From Laetmonice hystrix (Eukaryota): a stretch of 64,000 nt of DNA. Shown piece after piece: positions 54,233 through 64,000 of the stretch (positions are counted from its first letter, which is position 1; each line of letters opens with the position of its first letter). Under the pieces are notes generated by a model. The model saw nothing but the letters and a program-made list of their open reading frames with translations. It ran no database searches and was not told where the DNA came from. The stretch covers positions 46,750,001-46,814,000 of the forward strand of contig OZ249436.1 of NCBI GenBank assembly GCA_965235115.1. Direction: 5' to 3'. Both the position numbers and the translations under genes were made by a program.

Positions 54233-55417
54233 CCATTACCTAAACCCTAACCTCAAATTCCATGGGATCTTTACCACGGAGTAATAACCTGACACCTATA
54301 TCACCCACGTGTAGACGTCAGGTCATTCTCTGGCTCCCCTCTTAAAACGGTCCCGGTGTACTGTGAACACAGCACGCAAACCGTCCTTCGCTCATTGTCA
54401 GAGAAACGGTGTCTCTGGTTCCACTGGCCCCTGGGAGCAGCATCCAGTTACTCGAGTCGAGGCGTGACAGGAAACACCAGCAATGCGGGGTTCTTCTAAC
54501 CCACAACATTTAAACATCTCATCACTTCACTAATAGTCGAACAGAAATTTAAATTTGGTCAATTTAGTGTACACTGATCCACTTTTCAAACATGATACTA
54601 CAGTGCTGAAGACGTAGTTCTGTGATCGTTTTAACCATTTCAAAACTAGGTAGCAGAAAGCTCATTCTCTGTCTCTCTGAGCACTGTCCCTTTCCTTTTC
54701 TGCCTATCTCCCTCACGCCCCTCTCCGCCTTGGACCAAGTCATGAATTATTGCATCGTTCCAGCAGGTAAGAATTGCTTCTAAAGCAAATTAAACAATGC
54801 TAATCGTGGAAAGCCCTCATTTACGTCTTCTGTTGTTTCAGTTTCATATCGTTTATCAGTTTAGCTATAACTGCTGTTGGGCTTGGCTCGTTCAAACAAA
54901 AAACCTTTTCATTTATTTATCACTACTCACTTGTTATCGGCCTTGGCGACAGAAGCCATGCACACAGATTTGTTTCCAGCACTTTAGTGTGAATGTTTAT
55001 AACTGTATGCTTATCACACAAGTACGAAGTCTGCAACACAAATGATGCATTAATCTGGACCGTTTTATAATTACCACCTGGCTAAAATATTTGTAAATAG
55101 TTCCAACTCGTTTAATGCCTGATATCCAACTAAAACCGAATTCTCAGTGCGATCTACTTTAACGTAGTTCACGCCTGGTGGATTCTAAGTACGTTGTCCT
55201 AACCCCACCAAGGCTGTCATACATACCAGACTGATGGTTCAGTAAACCCGACCACGTGGTGGCCTCCTTCATATATCATTGACACGAGGTAACGGACCAA
55301 ACAAAAAGTCTGTCTTCTACGTGGGAGGGAGAGGAGATGAAAGCTGTTTGGATTAGGATAAAGATGCAAGTGTTTCGGGGTTTTTTTTCACTCCTTTTTT
55401 TATCCATCACCTTTCAG

Positions 55418-55626
55418 GTGCTGAACCCACCAAGGCGATTCCCCTTGCGACGCCCATGCGATTTTGACATCAGCCTTTTATTCTACTGTAATTTTGAGAT
55501 TAAAGGATGGAACCCATTTCCTGAAACGGAGAAGGCCAGCCAGGAAAAATTTCAGAGTGAAATTCCACCATTAAATCAAAAATCGCATGGCCGTCGCAAG
55601 GGAAATCGCCTTGGTGGGTTCAGCAC
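55418..55626. mobile_element. 209-bp MITE with ~50-bp TIRs
   Basis: gtgctgaacccaccaaggcgattccccttgcgacgcccatgcgattttga / tcaaaatcgcatggccgtcgcaagggaaatcgccttggtgggttcagcac, 2 mismatches. The right flank is TTAA. Confidence 0.82.
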
Positions 55627-57689
55627 TTAACTGTTAGGAGTTTAAAAAGAGTAAAATTTATGAGAGTCCTCCAACCGTGCCCTCTATGTCCTAGATGTTT
55701 TTAACTTACAACATTAGGGGGGATTCGGACCCCGAAGTACGTAAGCCTGCTTACTTCTGCAATTAACACCAACTAATTGTGCACCAAATGCTCACATTGG
55801 CTGTGGGGTGTTAAACGCCTGTGGAGGGCCATATTTACAAAGCACACGCAACACTTGTGGATCCACAAACTCCTATTAGCCAGCTGTTTAACAATAGTTT
55901 GCGGGTCCGCAAGTCTTGCGTGTGCTTTGTGAATAAGGCCCCAGGTCTTTTGATTACGAGAACATGCAAGTCTTTCACCGTAAACATGCAAGTCTTTCAC
56001 CGTAAACATCATGTCTTTCAATTGTGCCCGGTGACAAGCAGGTCTTGCCAAATAAACAATTACCCCACCATGTTAACTTGGACCCCAAGGGGGTTTCAGT
56101 TACCCGGTCAAACGTAATCACTCAAATATCCGGGACCCCGTGTCCCGTTATTTGGGTCACCTTTACCAAGTTCCACCGTGAAAGGATAACCTCTGGATGT
56201 CTCATGTCCTCAGACTTTGAAGGCGAGTTCATCTAAAAAAAAGGGAAGCTCTTTCAATTCCACTGTAGTGATTCATTGGCTACTTTCAGGAAAAACTGAC
56301 AAAGACCTTTTAATATAAAAGTCACTTTGCTTCCTAACTCTGAACTAAAACATGAACTGAAGGTTTCAAGTTAAAGACCATCCAATTCTGGACTAACTCC
56401 GAATCCTTAATACAGTTCCATTTCAGAGTATTTCTTATGGACAGGCTGGAAGAAAACCGCGCTGATTTGCGTCTATCCACCAATCCAAGCCATCGATTCC
56501 TGCACCTCGGTGTGCAGACATGATCCATGTGTCTGTGGACCCTGGACCGAATTACGAGCTCATACTGTCAGCACCAGTCCATACATTCATACACTCAGGC
56601 CACAAACCCATTTACTACCGACAAGAGGTCAATTGTAAGGCCTGTATGAGCCAGTCTGAGAGGCCAAATATCATATTGACCGCAAGACGACATGGACGGA
56701 AGACGACTCTCTGGTCAGGGACGGGTCCAACCAAGGCCACTCCCAGCGCCTTCTCTTTGTAAGCATGATAACACTGGAGGAGTTGTAAATTTCGGGTGGG
56801 CTTGCCAATAGGCTGGTGAAGGTCGAGGACGTGAAAGACTGACTTGGTGTAGCTGTCGTACTTGAGTACCATGCTCGTCTCATCACATAACGAATTCCTG
56901 GGGCGGCATGCATGCCTCCTGCTTCCACCCACTCATCATAGGATCAGTGTATGTGTGGACGATCGATACACGGGCGGGCGGCACTGCCCGCCGGACCCGC
57001 TCCCTCCACGGCCGACCGTTATATGTTAACCACTCCACCGACACCACACTGAAACAAGCTTCATAGGCGCAGGAGGGGGCAGCCAATAAAGCCAAGAAGG
57101 CATACAATGATGCTATATATGGAACTGGAATCCACTGACATCTCAGTAATTGCCAACAGCCCAGTTTGACAGGAGCCGTTTGAAAGACTAACCGCTGTTC
57201 ACGACCATTCTGCTACCAGGAGTCGGTTTGAGCCAGTGGCCCCTGGCTAACAACAGGTCTAATCCATCGTCATTTGTAAATCCTTCCCTCTGTGCTCATT
57301 TTATTGACCGTAATTTCACCTCATCCTCATAAGGTTGAAAATTACATTTATTATTTCCCGATATGTGTCCGTTTTCCCTGCAGTGGACTGTTGTGAGAAT
57401 ATACACTTCCAGTCACGTACTCCCAACATAGCAATGCACCGTGGACAGCTGATCCAGATTATCGGACATTGGCATTGGTAAGGAACTGGGCATTGGTTAG
57501 GAACTCAGTGGGCATTGGTTAGGAACTGGGCATTGGGTAGGACACACGTCAGTGAGAGAATGAGTGATTAAATTGGAGGTTTTACGCCCTGTCGACAGTA
57601 TGTCAGCCATACTCAGGGCGATATGAACCATATCAGTCAAGGGGCTTTTATGTACCCCCGAGTCCCACCCAGGAGGTGGGTGATGATGA

Positions 57690-57840
57690 GACTGAAGTGA
57701 GAAAGAAACCTGCCACCGGAAGGCAATTCCCTACTCTTTTCGAAAAAATGCATAGTTCCATGCCTAGTCGCACATGCAAAGCTGGGCATACCAAAGCCTT
57801 TGATGACCCAGTTGTGGAGCACTGGGGAAGGCCAGTGCGA
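57690..57840 (-). mobile_element. Possible decayed SINE central domain (Meta/MESC-like)
   Basis: Minus strand reads ccagtgctccacaactgggtcatcaaaggctttggtatg...tcgaaaagagtaggg...ggcaggtttct. This resembles, from memory, the conserved Meta domain of invertebrate SINEs. No tRNA-derived head recognised. Confidence 0.4.
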
Positions 57841-57899
57841 AAAATGGCACTTGAAGCATCCAAATACATCTGTGTGCACGCAGATAATTTTGGAACACT

Positions 57900-58195
57900 C
57901 GTCAGTGAACACACTACTTTTGCCATCTGGCCGTATTATCATTACTCAAACACTTCTACCCGCAAACTAACCAGTCAGTGAACACATTACACTTGCCATC
58001 TGGCCGTATTATCATTACTCAAACACTTCTACCCGCAAACTAACCAGTCAGTGAACACATTACACTTGCCATCTGGCCGTATTATCATTACCCAAACACT
58101 CCTACCCGCAAACTGACCAGTCAGTGAACACATTGCTTTTGCCATTTGGCCGTATTATCATTACCCAAACACTTCTACCCGCAAACTGACCAGTC
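57900..58195. repeat. ~73-bp tandem repeat, 4 copies
   Basis: Unit gtcagtgaacacattacacttgccatctggccgtattatcattactcaaacacttctacccgcaaactaacca. Confidence 0.9.
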
Positions 58196-60327
58196 CACCC
58201 TGCCCTGACATGGTAACAACAAAACGTGAACGCCATCAATCACCATGGTGATTCAATAGGCTCCGCTTACGGATACTAAAAATAGCCGTTAACATGGTTT
58301 GGTTTCTGGTATAATGGTGGATGAGCGCGGGAGTTGGAGAGAAATACACACTACTGTTAGATCGACATCACTTGGTGGTAACATGACCTCTCAACGACTC
58401 CCATCGGATGGATAACATTACCACGAAGATTGCCTCTCAATTCAAACAGCAATGAATGCTATAATTTACCGTCCAAGTCAATCAACTAAGTCATGACTTA
58501 AGACTTAATGCACTAGGTAATTTTCTAGTCCCGATTGTTTCCTGCAACCCATATTGCTAAAGCTATCGATCAATATCGGTGTCCTTACGGAACCTTGAAC
58601 CACATTAACCCATTATTGCCATTCACCAAAACTACCCCAGTACCTGTACTCCGTGCTTTCCTGCAGCACTACTCACAGGATTTATCCAAACCCACTGCCT
58701 GCCGTAATGACCCTGATTTCCGGGAGAATCTGAACCATTGAACTGTTCAAGTACTACCCTCCGTACCTGGTACACAAAGTGGTGCAGTTCAACCCTTTGG
58801 TACCCGAGATCATACCTAAGTTTTGGCCGCTCATTCTGAAACCAGAGACGCGTTCAGTAAGGTGAACCGGTGTGAGACGTTCGGCGCGTGAGTTCTGGTT
58901 CAGTCTTGAAGGAACCGTTCGCGGGAAACGTTCCCATGATGGCACCCAAAGCGGAACACGTGAGAGCTATGCTCCTCGAGGAGTTCATGGAAAAGTCAGA
59001 GGCCATCTGACTATCGAAGTTTGGCCATGTGACCAAGAATCATGAACTCTATTGGATGATATCTGCTGGTGAAATAGTAAGGTAACTAAGGATTTATAAA
59101 ACCTCACTTCTTTGCATTAGGTTTGGGCCGACAAGTAAATAAAACTGATGCTAACCCCAGCCCTCCCCCTAACCTTCAATGAAATGCTTAGCTATGTGTC
59201 AGTATTCAGTCAAACTCGTACCCCCTTATTTAACCAGCCAGTGGTCAAATAGACACTCCCTATGGAAAATGATCTTGAAGCTGACAGTTTAGGCATCATG
59301 ACAAAACACTGGTACCAAGCATGCAGACTTGATGTAAGAGAAGTGAAACAACATGCCCCCTTTATTTTGTCCTTTAGTTCTCATCAAAGCGTCATATCTC
59401 TTATTTATGCATAAAAAGGCCTGTAAAACGGCCTATAGCCTTGCCACTCCGCTATCTTGGTTTCGCCGTGGGTTACCACCTCCTGCAACCGTTCGCCTGT
59501 TACGAAACGTTCGCGCTCGTTTTGCTTACTAAACGTGCCTCTGTCATGCGAGAGCTCATCTTACATACAGTTAACGACGACACTGATTGGTCGACCCGAG
59601 ATGACCTCACAGGTGGGCAGCACAGCCGGCAGACTTTGATCGTGTTAATCTACTTACCGTAACCTGCTTCCACCAAAGGCCCCCTCTCCCTGGTAACTGG
59701 TCTCAGCTTCTTCAACCTGGCCCAGTTTAATTTTTAAAGGTTGTACCTTCTTTACAGAAAGTAAATGCATGGACTCGTTGGTCATGTGACCAACTATGTT
59801 CTGTGTGGGAAAACACCATGAGCTGACATGGTTTACGTTCGGTTCCAAGACACCATAGTGGGGGAAAAACAATTTTCCTGATTCCTGACGTCTGGGATAG
59901 CTCAGATAGGAAAACTCTGAAATTAACAGCAGTAAAACTAAATATTACTCATGTGACGACAATATTTGTTGAAAATACTGATAAAACCCAGATAAACTAA
60001 AGCAATGACTTGACAAAATGTAGTTCATTTTTACCTGTTCAGCAATGACATGACAAATGTAGTTCATTTTTACGCAGAGGACCAATGTCACTAAATCTAC
60101 TTAAATATGGCTAACTACCCGACAAATTCTGAGGTGAGCGACCTCCAATCTGGCAATATCGCACCTTTAATGAGAATTGTGAAAGCTAATATCTGTCATA
60201 GAGAGTTCTATTATCGAGCAGTTCTCCTTCATTAGCCTCCCCCCCCCCCCATTAACTCAGAACTACATGTATGCCAAACTCGCCGCAGTGTCACGTGTCG
60301 GCACGACTCTGCCGACGCATTCCATAT

Positions 60328-60523
60328 ATTTTCCTAATTATACGTTGCTTGAGGAACCTTATGTAACAATTTTCCTGATTATACGTTGCTTGAGGAACCT
60401 TATATAATAATTTTCCTGATTATACGTTGCTTGAGGAACCTTATATAACAATTTTCCTGATTATACGTTGCTTGAGGAACCTTATATAACAATTTTCCTA
60501 CTTATACGTTGCTTGAGGAACCT
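60328..60523. repeat. 41-bp tandem repeat, ~5 copies
   Basis: Unit ttttcctgattatacgttgcttgaggaaccttatataacaa. Confidence 0.92.
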
Positions 60524-63500
60524 ATATCCCGACATGTTTGACCAATGACTCAGTAAGTGTACCGTACTGTAATACAGAATATCCCGACATGTTTGACCAA
60601 TGACTCAGTAAGTGTACCGTACTGTGATACAGAATATCCCGACATGTTTGACCAATGACTCAGTAAGTGTACCGTACTGTGATACAGAATATCCCGACAT
60701 GTTTGATCAATGACTCAGTAAGTGTACCGTACTGTGATACAGAATATCCCGACATGTTTGATCAATGACTCAGTAAGCGTACCGTACTGTGATACAGAAT
60801 ATCCTGACATGTTTGATCAATGACTCAGTAAGCGTACCGTACTGTGATACAGAACATCCCGACATGTTTGATCAATGACTCAGTAAGTGTACCGTACTGT
60901 GATACAGAATATCCCGACATGTTTGATCAATGACTCAGTGTGACCGTACTGTGATACAGAATATCCCGACATGTTTGATCAATGACTCAGTAAGCGTACC
61001 GTACTGTCAGAATATCCCGACATGTTTGATCAATGACTCAGTAAGCGTACCGTACTGTGATACAGAATATCCCGACATGTTTGATCAATGACTCAGTGTG
61101 ACCGTACTGTGATACAGAATATCCCGACATGTTTGATCAATGACTCAGTAAGCGTACCGTACTGTCAGAATATCCCGACATGTTTGATCAATGACTCAGT
61201 AAGCGTACGGTACTGTGATACAGAATATCCCGACATGTTTGATCAATGACTCAGTAAGCGTACGGTACTGTGATACAGAATATCCCGACATGTTTGATCA
61301 ATGACTCAGTAAGCGTACCGTACTGTGATACAGAATATCCCGACATGTTTGACCAATGACTCAGTAAGTGTACCGTACTGTGATACAGAATATCCCGACA
61401 TGTTTCATCAATGACTCAGTAAGCGTACGGTACTGTGATACAGAATATCCCGACATGTTTGATCAATGACTCAGTAAGCGTACCGTACTGTCAGAATATC
61501 CCGACATGTTTCATCAATGACTCAGTAAGCGTACCGTACTGTGATACAGAATATCCCGACATGTTTGACCAATGACTCAGTAAGTGTACCGTACTGTGAT
61601 ACAGAATATCCCGAGATGTTTGATCAATGACTCAGTAAGCGTACGGTACTGTGATACAGAATATCCCGACATGTTTGATCAATGACTCAGTAAGCGTACC
61701 GTACTGTCAGAATATCCCGACATGTTTCATCAATGACTCCGTAAGCGTACCGTACTGTGATACAGAATATCCCGACATGTTTGATCAATGACTCAGTAAG
61801 CGTACCGTACTGTGATACAGAATATCCCGACATGTTTGATCAATGACTCAGTAAGCGTACGGTACTGTGATACAGAATATCCCGACATGTTTGATCAATG
61901 ACTCAGTAAGCGTACCGTACTGTGATACAGAATATTCCGACATGTTTGATCAATGACTTAGTAAGCGTACCATACTGTGATACAGAATATCCCGACATGT
62001 TTGATCAATGACTCAGTAAGCGTACCGTACTGTGATACAGAATATCCCGACATGTTTGATCAATGACTCAGTAAGCGTACCGTACTGTGATACAGAATAT
62101 CCCGACATGTTTGATCAATGACTCAGTAAGCGTACCGTACTGTGATACAGAATATCCCGACATGTTTGATCAATGACTCAGTGTGACCGTACTGTGATAC
62201 AGAATATCCCGACATGTTTCATCAATGACTCAGTAAGCGTACCGTACTGTGATACAGAATATCCCGACATGTTTGATCAATGACTCAGTAAGCGTACCGT
62301 ACTGTGATACAGAATATCCCGACATGTTTGATCAATGACTCAGTAAGTGTACCGTGCTGTGATACAGAACATCCCGACATGTTTGATCAATGACTCAGTA
62401 AGTGTACCGTACTGTGATACAGAATATCCCGACATGTTTGATCAATGACTCAGTAAGTGTACCGTGCTGTGATACAGAACATCCCGACATGTTTGATCAA
62501 TGACTCAGTAAGCGTACGGTACTGTGATACAGAATATCCCGACATGTTTGATCAATGACTCAGTAAGCGTACCGTACTGTCAGAATATCCCGACATGTTT
62601 CATCAATGACTCAGTAAGCGTACCGTACTGTGATACAGAATATCCCGACATGTTTGACCAATGACTCAGTAAGTGTACCGTACTGTGATACAGAATATCC
62701 CGAGATGTTTGATCAATGACTCAGTAAGCGTACGGTACTGTGATACAGAATATCCCGACATGTTTGATCAATGACTCAGTAAGCGTACCGTACTGTCAGA
62801 ATATCCCGACATGTTTCATCAATGACTCCGTAAGCGTACCGTACTGTGATACAGAATATCCCGACATGTTTGATCAATGACTCAGTAAGCGTACCGTACT
62901 GTGATACAGAATATCCCGACATGTTTGATCAATGACTCAGTAAGCGTACGGTACTGTGATACAGAATATCCCGACATGTTTGATCAATGACTCAGTAAGC
63001 GTACCGTACTGTGATACAGAATATTCCGACATGTTTGATCAATGACTTAGTAAGCGTACCATACTGTGATACAGAATATCCCGACATGTTTGATCAATGA
63101 CTCAGTAAGCGTACCGTACTGTGATACAGAATATCCCGACATGTTTGATCAATGACTCAGTAAGCGTACCGTACTGTGATACAGAATATCCCGACATGTT
63201 TGATCAATGACTCAGTAAGCGTACCGTACTGTGATACAGAATATCCCGACATGTTTGATCAATGACTCAGTGTGACCGTACTGTGATACAGAATATCCCG
63301 ACATGTTTCATCAATGACTCAGTAAGCGTACCGTACTGTGATACAGAATATCCCGACATGTTTGATCAATGACTCAGTAAGCGTACCGTACTGTGATACA
63401 GAATATCCCGACATGTTTGATCAATGACTCAGTAAGTGTACCGTGCTGTGATACAGAACATCCCGACATGTTTGATCAATGACTCAGTAAGTGTACCGTA

Positions 63501-63890
63501 CTGTGATACAGAATATCCCGACATGTTTGATCAATGACTCAGTAAGCGTACCGTACTGTGATACAGAATATCCCGACATGTTTGACCAATGACTCAGTAA
63601 GCGTACCGTACTGTCAGAATATCCCGACAGTTTGATCAATGACTCAGTAAGCGTACCGTACTGTGATACAGAACATCCCGACATGTTTGATCAATAACTC
63701 AGTAAGTGTACCGTACTGTGATACAGAATATCCCGACATGTTTGATCAATGACTCAGTAAGCGTACCGTACTGTGATACAGAACATCCCGACATGTTTGA
63801 TCACTGACTCAGTAAGTGTACCGTACTGTGATACAGAATATCCCGACATGTTTGATCAATGACTCAGTAAGCGTACCGTACTGTGATACA
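60524..63890. repeat. 55-bp minisatellite, ~61 copies, with a higher-order duplication
   Basis: Unit aatatcccgacatgtttgatcaatgactcagtaagcgtaccgtactgtgatacag. Confidence 0.97.
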
Positions 63891-64000
63891 TGACCTCCTC
63901 CACCTCCACCTCCATCCCCAACCAGTGAGGGATTTTCAGGGGTGGCACGATGACCATGAATGCGAATGGGGGGATCAGGGCTGGACTGAGGGCAATCATA

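Noticed and set aside
53527..54243. 238-aa Pro/His-rich repeat ORF
   Set aside because: A 42-bp minisatellite inside an inverted-repeat element; also open on the opposite strand.
55170..55275. Possible hammerhead ribozyme around ctgatggttc
   Set aside because: Lacks the CUGANGA...GAAA core; more likely a repeat fragment.
44805..64000. Expected PKA-RI dimerisation/docking exon or alternative first exons
   Set aside because: No ECExYV..HNIQ..LKDCIVQLC-like sequence was found by eye. ORFs at 56615-56932 and 56671-56928 have no recognisable homology.

Overview
Eukaryotic (animal, probably lophotrochozoan-type invertebrate) genomic DNA. There are no prokaryotic genes, CRISPR arrays or RNA genes. 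The window lies inside one large minus-strand gene, the type I regulatory subunit of cAMP-dependent protein kinase (PRKAR1/Pka-R1). Three coding exons are present (44637-44804, 27138-27229, 9280-9341). They splice in frame with canonical GT-AG sites across introns of about 17.4 and 17.8 kb. The dimerisation/docking exon and the downstream cAMP-binding exons were not found, so they probably lie outside the window. The introns hold about 27 mostly unrelated minisatellite arrays (roughly 23 kb by my rough sum, about a third of the window), some with higher-order duplications. They also hold many short TIR elements (PIF/Harbinger-like, Kolobok-like, nested MITEs). Almost all long ORFs in the track are repeat artefacts. 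The most interesting non-genic signals are (i) a 386-bp long-TIR element with a 6-bp TSD that carries a MULE-transposase-like catalytic segment and (ii) a small inverted-repeat element family whose interior has twice expanded into minisatellites. I cannot support a novel multi-gene system here.
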